A stretch of DNA of 32,000 nucleotides from Mycobacterium leprae TN (lineage in GTDB: Bacteria; Actinomycetota; Actinomycetes; Mycobacteriales; Mycobacteriaceae): positions 330,001 through 362,000 of the forward strand of contig NC_002677.1 in the NCBI RefSeq assembly GCF_000195855.1. The letters run 5' to 3'. The notes below the pieces were generated by a model. That model saw only the letters and a program-made list of their open reading frames with translations. It made no database searches and was not told the origin of the DNA. Made by a program: the position numbers and the translations under genes. The stretch's first letter is position 1, and each line of letters opens with the position of its first letter. Shown piece by piece: positions 11,953 to 20,931 of this stretch.

Positions 11953-12250
11953 CTAGCTGTCCAGGAGACGTTGCAATGCTTGCTCTAGTTGCTCGTAGTT
12001 GTTGGCGCGTGCGCACTAGGCCGTCGCGTACCCCGTGCAGCACGTTCACGATGTTGCGAAACGCTTGATTCATCTGCTCCATAGTGTCGTAGGAAGTCGC
12101 CTGTTAAGTCCCACTCCAGCCAGAGCCCGCGATATTCAGTGACGAAGCCCACATCTTGAGGGCCTCGCCCTCGACCGTTTGGGCTTGCATCTCAAGTCGG
12201 CTCACCATGTCCCGCATCGCGTGCGGATCGGTCATAAAACGTGGTGCCAT
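11953..12250 (-). pseudogene. CFP-10-like QILSS-subfamily esx (esxJ-type) pseudogene
   Basis: [48 protein letters not shown], then an in-frame TAA (plus-strand TTA at 12104..12106). Next comes [30 protein letters not shown], then a 1-nt insertion, then [16 protein letters not shown]. Total length is 298 nt, against 297 expected. Confidence 0.85.
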
Positions 12251-12398
12251 GTTGCTCTACTCTCTTGATCGTACAGTCTTTAGTTTGTCGAAATCATTTG
12301 TGTTTGTAATAGGTGCAGCGGAAACCGCATAACGGCTAGGTTACGGCTTAGCGGTTAACTAATGGTCTCGAATGCATGGCATATCCCTATTTTTCGCA

Positions 12399-13350
12399 TC
12401 AGACCACGATCTGCTTGGGCATGACGATGGGCTTGAACCCTTATCGCGGCCCGGCATACGCGCTGGCGCCCTTGGCGGTCGCTGTCATACCCAGTCTACT
12501 CGAACATCCCGGTGACCGATTCGGCTTAGTTGGGTACGATCCAGCTACTGCCCTCTAGTTGGAGTGGTCGCCGAGTCCGGGTCCGACGAGCGGCGCGTTG
12601 CCTAAGCTTGTCGGCACTGCCATATTCGCCAACGCCGCTTTCCCTGCGGTGGTCGCACCTGAAGCGCCAACAACGTCACTGGCGACAACTGCTGGCGCTA
12701 CGGTGCCAAGTGTATGTTCCAGCGGCACTGTGGTCGGAATGGTGGTGCCAACGCACCAAGCCGTAGTGGCAGACTTGCTGGACGCCATCCATTAAGTATC
12801 AATTAGAGTCAACAAAAGACCGTTGACTGCATTCTCGAAAGCTTGCATTTCGGGGAGCAAAAGGCTCCATACAGTCGAACCAGGAGCAGTCAGATTAGCA
12901 AGCAACCACACCGCGTTTGCAGGCTAGAGGTTAGAGTGGAAAGCCACCCCCGGATTGGGGAGGACGCCCCCAGGCCGGCTAACTGCGTTAGGTTGCAGGG
13001 CCGTCTCACCAGGATTAGTGGCCTGTGTCGCCGGCCTCAGCGGCTGGAGTGAGTAGGCCGCGTAGGTATTTTCGGCGGCGTTTTAGACCCACATCTCGAC
13101 GTAGTGAGCCGCGGTGGCCATGCTTACTGGCGTGTTGATACCCACAGGAGTTCGTCGTTACCAAAAACCGGCCAGCAACGTCTTATTGGCGGTGATCGCC
13201 TCTGGGGGCAGCGTCACCATAAACGACTTCTCATAAGCGGCCGCCGTTGTGGTGCTAAGCTAGTTCACATATGGTTGGGCTGCTGTCGTTCCCGCGCAGG
13301 TCCATTGTTCGCCGGTTAACCTGGTGTCGATTGACTCCATATTATGTAGG
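12399..13350 (-). pseudogene. PPE family pseudogene (PPE15-like by position)
   Basis: ATG at 13350 lies 1 nt after the PE-frame stop. PPE hallmarks are present with internal stops and frame changes: AAAYEKSFMVTLPPEAITANKTLLA, GINTPVSMATAAHYVEMWV*NAAENTYAAYS, and the C-terminal GFKPIVMP motif before TGA (12399..12401). Confidence 0.8.
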
Positions 13351-13987
13351 ACGGCTGAATTGCTCAATTCCGCCCGCGGCAATCGGCATTGGCCCTATGC
13401 CTGTGTGAGCCACACCAGAGGCCGGCCGGCCTCGTCGTTCCGGTGAGGTCCGCGGCGACCCTGCTGCACTGGCGGCGTCCCTAGCGTCAACTGGAATTAG
13501 ACCGCCACTCGCTATCCCAGTCATGAACGACATAGCGGAGGACCAGTTCCCATCCTCATAGTTTAGCAAGTTCGCCAAGTTAACATACAGGATCAACAGG
13601 TTGCTGCTGGCGCTGCTGACAGTGGTCTCGACCATTGTGTCCATCTAGTTGATAGTTAGATCAGGGCATTGATGGGTCCATCAGGACCCAGCACTGGCCG
13701 AGGATGCGTTGGCGGCTTAAGCGGTTCCATACGTACTGGCGTGAGTCCCAAGGTGTTTATAAATTGCTCTTGAATCGCTTGGGTTTCGGCAGCGAACTGT
13801 TGATAAAGAGCGCCATAGGTAGCAAGGATCTTTTTCTCCAGGGCGTATATCTAGTCGGCGGCCGTGGGGCTGCCGGGTTCTGGGCGACTGTGCATGGGTT
13901 TTCCGCTATCAGTGAACTGCCTATCGTTGCTAGTTGTGTCGCAGTGGTGGCTAACTCTTTGGATATCGCTTTTAGAAATAACATCAA
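13342..13987 (-). pseudogene. PE family pseudogene (PE8-like by position)
   Basis: ORF 13757..13987 starts (M)MLFLKAISKELATTATQLATIGSSLIAEN, a PE N-terminus. It then continues in another frame (..YGALYQQFAAETQAIQEQFINTLG). The downstream part is frameshifted and shortened. Confidence 0.7.
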
Positions 13988-14339
13988 TTGTTCCTACGGT
14001 GTGACGCTTCCAACCCAGGGATCGGACCGACTTTGTGTTTGCGTAGGTTCCCCTGTGTATTGTTGTAAGGGCAGTGATCTACGTCTTCGCAGTTCTGACG
14101 AAAGGTTCAGGGGAACTGATATTTACGACGTTCTTAGCGCCGACGCGGGCAGTTTTAACAAGCTCCGATCGGACTGGACATGGCGGCATCATCTGGTTCC
14201 CATTGGAGGCACCGGTTAATGCGCGTGGCGTGCGGATCGCTCGCTAAACGAAGCTTCAACGCACGTCGGGTAACGCGGCGACATCGCTTTGGGATGCAAT
14301 GTCCCAGAAACGGCTTCCGCACGTTAGATTCTTCGCCGG

Positions 14340-14413
14340 GCCCCCATAGCCCAATTGGCAGAGGCAGCGGACTTAAAATCCGTCAAGTGTCGGTTCGAGT
14401 CCGACTGGGGGCA
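14340..14413 (+). tRNA. 74-nt tRNA, anticodon UAA (Leu by anticodon), with a short 5-nt variable loop
   Basis: Hand-folded cloverleaf. Acceptor stem GCCCCCA/TGGGGGC with discriminator A73. D arm GCC-CAATTGGCAGA-GGC. Anticodon arm GCGGA-CTTAAAA-TCCGT. Variable loop CAAGT. T arm GTCGG-TTCGAGT-CCGAC. No encoded CCA. Confidence 0.8.
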
Positions 14414-14711
14414 CTGGTAACACGCAGGCTGTGCCGATGCAACCGGAAGGTTGGAGATTAGGCTTGCGGTGCTGTTGGCATGGCGCAAGCGTCAATCTCA
14501 GCTGTGTCTGCGAAGGTGATGGCCACTAGCGCATTCTAGGAGTTGGTGTCAACGATCGGTGTGGCAGCAGCATAGCGATCACCCAGCTGCATCCAAAGCA
14601 GGTGGGACGTTATGTCAAACGAGCCGATTCCTTCGCAAACAGGTCAGAAACATGGGGAGGGGGTATTCTGACTGTCATATTTGGCATTGGTGCCGGGGTT
14701 GACTGGCAACG

Positions 14712-15480
14712 TCATATTAGAGATGTCGCTTTGCTGGTGGCGCCTGGGCCTGGAAGTTCAGGGTTAGTTAGCTGGCGAGCGCGGCGGCTGCGTGGGGAGG
14801 GGGTAATGGGGACTGCCTTGATCGGTGAAGTGTCTAATCCATCTAGGGTGCCTTGACGACACCAAGTATCACCGTACATGCGAAGTACCGGCCATCGAGG
14901 GGTGAAGCCTTTGTTCTCGTAAAACGAGTAGAAGTAGTGCGCTCGATAACTCTCTTTGGCGTAACACAAGTCGACGTCATCTTCGGACTGTGAGCGGACA
15001 GCATTGTCAAGCAAGACGCTTCGGACATCTCGCCTTGGTTTTCTATTGCGATATAGAGCGCGTTGATTTTGAGATTATGGGGGTTAACTGGCTCTGGTCC
15101 AAAGATGCTTATGCCGATGAGCCTGTTAGTCGGTCTCGGCAAGCCACATTGACTACCCAAGTCGATTTAGCTTGTGGGCATGCCCGTCGTAGCTCCAGTT
15201 TTGCTCACTGAACATGTCAAGCACATAGGGTGTCAGGATTCCGGCGTAGGACTGTCGCCTACTCGGTTAGTGCATCTTCACGACGCGGTCGTAGTCTGGG
15301 GGCTCCGCTTGCCGGATCTGGATATCGTCGGGAATCTGTGTTGCGCTAACTACGCTAGTTACTTGGTTATCCGTTGGTAAGGTTCAAACACCCGGTCACC
15401 GGTAATCTGTTGGGCATGTAATTGAAATCGCTTGTCCAGCAACGGGTAATAAGTCTGTTTGGCAGCTAACGCTGCCGCAT
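14712..15480 (-). pseudogene. Unidentified decayed coding region
   Basis: Protein-like minus-strand fragments in at least three frames: YYPLLDKRFQLHAQQITGDRVFEPYQRI, RLIGISIFGPEPVNPHNLKINALYIAIENQG, DDVDLCYAKESYRAHYFYSFYENKGFTPRWPVL. I could not assign a family. Confidence 0.3.
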
Positions 15481-16034
15481 TGTTTGTACCTAGACGCCAA
15501 TCGGGGTCAATGCCCATGCACTGACTCAGTGTGAGCGTGCTGTTTGGCTTTGCGCCGTGGATCGTCTATTGGGGTGCTGGTTGGTAACGTCCCCTTTACC
15601 GCTGAAGTGTTGGTAGCATTGGCAATCGCTGTCGCGGCTATAGGCTGAGTGACAGCGTCACCGGAAAACGCCAACATGCGCTCGGAATCGAGTACTTTCC
15701 AAAGTTTTTGGTGCTGACAGTTTTGGTATTTGCGCTCACCGAGTCGTTCACCACCAGCTGGATAAAGCAGTTTAGCATCGCCGGGATCTTGTGGGTGGTG
15801 CTCATTGGCCAGCTGACCGGCGAACTGTTTGTGCGTGACTTCGCAGCCGCGGAACGGCCTGACGACGTGGTCAAGACTCAGCTGTTCGCCCGGATCGTTA
15901 CGCTACTCACCTGGATTTAGGGTGCCGCTTTAGCCGGCATTACAGTCTCGTCGGCGATCCCACCGATCGTGCAGGGCCTGGCGGGAACCTACGTCACTAT
16001 CCTAGATACTAGGACTTCGTTGTACCTTCGTCTG

Positions 16035-16781
16035 CTAAGGGGTTATTCTGTTTTCGTTGTTTGGTGTGGCGGTGATAACGTCGCGTTTTTTTGCTCGACC
16101 GGATGCTAGCCGAAGTCGGCGATCTCTCCTGGGAAGTATCGTTCGTTGCCTACGACGAAGCCACCATCGATGCGCAGGAACATGCCAAACGCGAAGTCGG
16201 CGCAAGTATAACTTAGGCCTACGACGTGACGGTCGGAGGGATGGAAACACCGCTGACCGGGGACGATTCCCGAAAATTGTGGCCCTAGATCGACAAGGTC
16301 CGCGAGTGGCGACAGGAGACAACACCCCAACTCGGTACCGTTTCCACCAAAACGTGCTACAGTCGATCTGCTCCGAAGACCTGTTCAGCGGCTCCGCCGC
16401 TTGGATATGTTTACGCTTGGATATGTTTAGTTGCGGCGGGGTACACCCGGATATCTGTGTGCGTTCCACATTTTGTTGCGACCAAACAACATAGGGGCAC
16501 CGCTGTGAACGCACCCAACAGATGCTATTCGCGGAGAAACAGTCACCATTACCAATAATGGCCGCGACCAAATCGAGGCTTACCGGGCCGAGCGCGTTAG
16601 CATTGAACCGCACAGCGATTGTGCGTGATCGTCCGAACTCTCTTTCCTCCAAGGACCAGTAGGTGACATATGACCACCGGCATAATTTTTGGGGGGAACT
16701 GTAACTGCCCTCAAATGGTAGCTGTGCGAAGAAAAAGCCAGTTCGCACCTCTTCGAATTCGTTGCTATCTTGACTCGGCAC
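16035..16781 (-). pseudogene. SGNH/GDSL-type hydrolase pseudogene (frameshifted)
   Basis: The N-terminal part of the 248-aa ORF has a GDS(L)-like block, LVAAIIGNGDCFSANS. The block-V-like FHPSDRHVVGL lies in a different frame (ORF 16106..16330). After the 16-bp duplication the long ORF reads an Arg-rich nonsense frame. Confidence 0.55.
16399..16430. repeat. Tandem duplication, 2 x 16 bp (gcttggatatgtttac / gcttggatatgtttag)
   Basis: Read directly from the sequence. 31 of 32 positions are consistent with a perfect duplication. The unit length is not a multiple of three. Confidence 0.95.
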
Positions 16782-17649
16782 TAGTTGTCACTACTACACA
16801 CATAGCACATACGCGTTATGTGTGGTAAAATTTTCATGATCTTTATTAACTATATGGCACTGGCGGATGGCTGCGCGGGGTTCTTGCGCGATGAGAGCCA
16901 CCCACAGTGTGTGTAGTTGTGGCCGTCGTGGCTGCACTTGGCGTTTGGGGCTTGCCAGAGCCACCAGTCAGCCGCGCGAGTGTTTGACATCGAGGGCGAC
17001 CGCCCCGTAGTGGGCACCGTGCGATTCGACAGGGATCGGCTGCGGTGGGTCGAAAAGGACAAGCCGATCTATGGTCCCTCACGCAACCCGCATTCGTAGA
17101 TCGACGGTCGCCGCACGCACCGCCATGTTCGGGGAGAGCTGGACAGTCATCTTCGCCGATACTCGATCTACTGTCCTGCTATTCGAAACCATTTTACCAA
17201 CGAGGGATTATATCGATCCGGGCGATGCCGCCTTCGAACATGTAGAACCCAGCTCGATGCAGAAGCTGTATCCATACACGGGGGGGGGGCTATTGGGCTA
17301 CTGGTCAGTGTGGGAGAGACACCAGATGTATCCTGTTTCCGGGTCTGGCGTCGACGTAATAGTATACCATTACTTCCTGTTACGTCGATCGCTAGCCCGG
17401 TGTCCTTCTATAACGAGAAATTCGATATTATTGTCCGTCGATAGTAGGGTCCCGCTGCGATAGCGTAACCGATTCAGCTGATTGCCGGCCGGTTGTTCGT
17501 CGTGCGGGTAATAGATCGAGTACGTCGCGCCGAGCCGTCATTGCTGGTGTTGCCACCTGGAAGAGCGGCGACGGCAAGGTCTGGTTCTCTCAGTGCAGAA
17601 TCTGGATAGACAACGCTGTTTCGACGGTTAGTGGTGAAGAGTACCTACG

Positions 17650-18440
17650 ATAGGGGAAAGCTGGTTGACGTAGTCGTTTCCGGTGCGGACTCAAACGGTC
17701 TAATGATCGCATGTGAACTGGCGTTGTGCGGCGTGCAACCGATTGTGCCGGATTGTTTCGCCAATCCCGGCAATAGAGTGCAAAGCCAATGACTTTGGCG
17801 GCTAGTTAATTCGGATGATTGATATGCGTGGGCTCTATCACGAGTTCGGTGGTTAGTCTGGTGCACATCAGCCGGTTGTGGGTGGTGTGTGCGTCGTGAT
17901 TCCATTGGTTTATGCTCAGGAGCTAGGCAATCCGATGCATTGTGTTGCCGATGTGGCAGCTACGGTTTAGTGCGGCTACTGGAACGATGCACTCGCAGTC
18001 TCGGCGTCGCCGTCCGCTGGCGTCGCGAACTCACCCAGTTGGTCGGGGACAGCGGCATCACGTTGGTGGTTGTCGGACCTGACGGAGGCTATACACTCAC
18101 CATCAGGTACATACTCGCCGCCGACGGCTCGCACAGCTGTGTCCGCAAGAACGTTAGGATCGAGTTCCCCGAGAATACCGCTTCTGTCGTTATTCATGCC
18201 AGTAACGTGCACATTCCCGATCACCTTCGTGCCGTCGACAGCGTTGTCGGCGTCTTCGGGTTTGGCGTAGGCAGTATCCTTTATATCTGTTTTCGGTCCC
18301 TTGTCATCCGGGCACCACCGATTTGAGCAAGGGGTGTTGGTGCTTTTGCTCGACCTGTAGCTGGGGTGCTCGCTGGTCGTGACGATGGAGTTCGGCGACG
18401 ATCCGGTTCCCGGCAAGGCTACCGTGACTTTGCTAATGCT
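17650..18440 (+). pseudogene. FAD-dependent monooxygenase pseudogene (PheA/TfdB-like), 3' truncated
   Basis: A dinucleotide-binding N-terminus, VDVVVSGADSNGLMIACELALCGVQPIV, is followed by stops. The later fragment GITLVVVGPDGGYTLTIRYILAADGSHSCVRKNVRIEFPE carries the DG..S.VR motif. Only about 260 codons remain before the IS remnant. Confidence 0.7.
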
Positions 18441-18534
18441 CTAGAACACCCTGTGTCGGCTACTTGCTCGATTACCGGGCTCGCTGGGTGGTGACTACTG
18501 GCGGTTGTGTTGAGGTTAATGTTAGCGCGGACTC

Positions 18535-18559
18535 GTTGTGGGGGTGGAGTAAAGGGTGG
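18535..18559. repeat. Left arm of the perfect 25-bp inverted repeat (gttgtgggggtggagtaaagggtgg)
   Basis: Exact reverse complement of 19390..19414. Flanking homology of lower identity extends ~50 bp inward. Confidence 0.95.
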
Positions 18560-19389
18560 TGGGTCAGTGTATTGGCGGGTCGGTGCGTCAGGTCGCAAAG
18601 GTCGGTATCGATGCCGTGGTGATGCGGGTATGAGAGTCGTTTCGAGGTCTTGGTCTCACGCTGGGGTTGTACAGCGATTCTGTGGTAGGGCGTTGTCTTG
18701 TGGTTGATCATGGCCGCAGTGATCACATCAGTGCTGTGGTCCTTGGATAGGTGTAGCAGCTGCACGAATCCGCTACTTGTGTTCGGCCAGGGCGCCGATT
18801 TGGGGGTCTAATTTTTGCCGATGATTACATCATCCGCCCAATGCTATGAGGTTAGAGCACCACACGGTCGTGTAGTTTTCGCGGGACGTGCACTGGTGGT
18901 GGCCATACCTAGAGAATAATGGTGGTGCCCGGTTTTAGCGTGCTGTGCCCTCAGCGTGCGGAACATCCACCCAGTGCGCACATGTTGGTTGAGCTTGGAC
19001 TCGATGTTGAAGTGTTTTATAGGACACCTGCATCTTTCGGGCCGGTCGGGATAGGTTTTGGGCCAACACCCCCACAATTTGTTCGGGACTGTACTTCTTG
19101 GCCAGCACACATGTCTATCTCCGTACGCAGCTGCCCACAACGCTCACCTTGCCGGCCTTTAAAGCCACTGGCCCACTGCTCACTGCATAGCTAAGCAATA
19201 CAAGCTCAGTAACCCGATTGAGCGTCTTAGCCAGCATAGTTGGTGTCGAATCAGTGCAACCCCCAAAGCAACCCGCAAACACGCGGGCCCCACCCTTGCT
19301 GGTGATCTCACGCACGATCCCCACCCCCACCCAACCCAAACGAACGGTTAACGATCGATCACATCAACTCACAACACTGCAACACACCG

Positions 19390-19414
19390 CCACCCTTTAC
19401 TCCACCCCCACAAC
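19390..19414. repeat. Right arm of the perfect 25-bp inverted repeat (ccaccctttactccacccccacaac)
   Basis: Exact reverse complement of 18535..18559. Confidence 0.95.
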
Positions 19415-19699
19415 AGAACATGCACACAAAGTACAATTCAACCCCGAGAGAGCGCTACGTTATGCGGTCTCGGTGCTCTGCGGTCAACGTGGTCAGGAAA
19501 GACAGTCACTTACGTGCATTACACCCCACCAGAACCCCAGAATCATGAAATACTGAGGCTGGAAACGGTATCTGGCGTTGAGTGGCGCGCTCCAGTCGCT
19601 GGCCCGCGTGCATTCCTAGGCGACTGATCGTGGAGAAAATCTCATACCTCTATACTTTTGTTTCTGTCCTACAACGTAGCTGACAGTATACATGGTGCA

Positions 19700-19860
19700 T
19701 GTCCTGCTTGAATGCATTGTTGTCGATCGAAAGACTATTTACGAATGTCCAGTCATTATGAAGGAAAATCCGAGGTAGAGATTATCCCTACCTAACCGCT
19801 GACGACATCAAGGAATACTTTAGAAATATTACGCGACAGCGCAAGCCGATCACGCGATCC
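19700..19860 (+). pseudogene. Possible DUF433-type antitoxin remnant
   Basis: The fragment EVEIIPYLTADDIKEYFRNI (with a stop/frame change) resembles the C-terminal eeIl.dYP.Lt.eDI.aAL motif of DUF433 proteins. It lies immediately upstream of the DUF5615-like remnant. Confidence 0.3.
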
Positions 19861-19871
19861 GGATCCCGTCG

Positions 19872-20204
19872 TAGTCTGTGCGTTTCTGATCGATACGCAG
19901 TTTCCGCCAACGTTAGTTCAGACGCTTATCACGTCTCCGGGCATGTGAAGGAAATCAGACTGGGCGATGCATCAGATCGGACATCTGACGCTATGCCATC
20001 CAGTACGACGCCGTGCTCGTCACAAAAGATGAGGGCTTCTCTGACATGTTTCTCCTAAGAATAAGAACCAATGCTTCCGGCGTGGTGTGTGGATCCGTGT
20101 CGGTAACACGCTACGCCAAGCACTGCTTAAATGGTTTGAGCCGACGATTCACCGATATCGCTAAGCTGGAAGATAAGGATAACAGTATTATCGAATTGCA
20201 TTGA
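19872..20204 (+). pseudogene. DUF5615 (PIN-like, Mut7-C-related) toxin-like pseudogene
   Basis: Three frames are needed to read it: AFLIDTQFPPTLVQTLITSPG / GHVKEIRLGDASD / YDAVLVTKDEGFSDMFLL...GVVCGSVSVTRYAKHCLNGLSRRFTDIAKLEDKDNSIIELH*. Only the last 63 codons form an ORF (20013..20204). Confidence 0.55.
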
Positions 20205-20931
20205 ACAGTATGGCTTTAGGTAATGTCAGCCGTACTCGAAACTTCATCAATTCTGTTCAATAATTCTGTTCAATAGTCAAAATCAGACACCGAAGTCCCT
20301 GTTACCACACTCCATACTCCAGCCTTTCACGAATATGAAAAATAACATATCAATCTTTGCCAACAAGAAGTTGTCCACTTAGATAGTAGGAAAAGGCGAT
20401 ACTTTGCTTATTATAAATTGTGAATGCCAGCGTAGAATTCCTCGAAAATCCTACGTTGACAATCTAGTTAAGATTAGCTAAAGCCACTATACTTATCCAC
20501 ACCTATCCACTTCTTCGTTAAGGCGTTACGACGAGTGAGTTTCCCGCTTTACGTGGTTCCATGACCGCCGGGCCGATGCCCAGCAGACATGCCGCGTACA
20601 GCCCGACAAGCACTACGCCTGTACCCACCGCCTAACCGGCGTGACGCTTAACCAAAACCGGCGCGGGCGCGCATACCCTGCCTAAACTAGGTATTGTAGG
20701 CAAGCCTAACGAGGTACCACCAACCCTGTAGAAGGTGCTGCACTTTTCGATGTCCCATATCTCCCTTCCGGGAGCGGAAACTGACGCACCTTGGCACAGG
20801 TACCTCGTCATTTTACGACGATCCCAGGCAACTCCTGGTCGACGAGATCACCGAATCCGTCGGGCACAGTAGCCGAACTCGACAACTCTTACAAGTAACG
20901 TCGTATCCGCTGAACAACGTGGACAACACGC

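Larger units (their letters stand above)
18470..19560 (-). mobile_element. IS30-family transposase remnants: a larger minus-strand copy (~18470..19340) and an inverted plus-strand C-terminal fragment (~19340..19560)
   Basis: Minus strand: IVREITSKGGAR, KKYSPEQIVGVL, VSYKTLQHRV, HWADDVIIGKN*, SSGFVQLLHLSKDHSTDVITAAMI, GIDTDLCDLTH(R)P. These match the IS30 motifs STISREI, WSPEQIA, VSHETIY, GHWEGDLI and V(Y)FCDPHSP. Plus strand 19340..19560: ...HPLLHPHN...QFNPERALRY, which is LN.RPRK.LG-like. Stops occur throughout. Confidence 0.7.

Noticed and set aside
14653-14805. Direct repeat of the 13-mer tggggagggggta (14653..14665 and 14793..14805)
   Set aside because: Several exact 13-mer matches are expected by chance among all position pairs in 32 kb, and the flanks do not extend the match convincingly.
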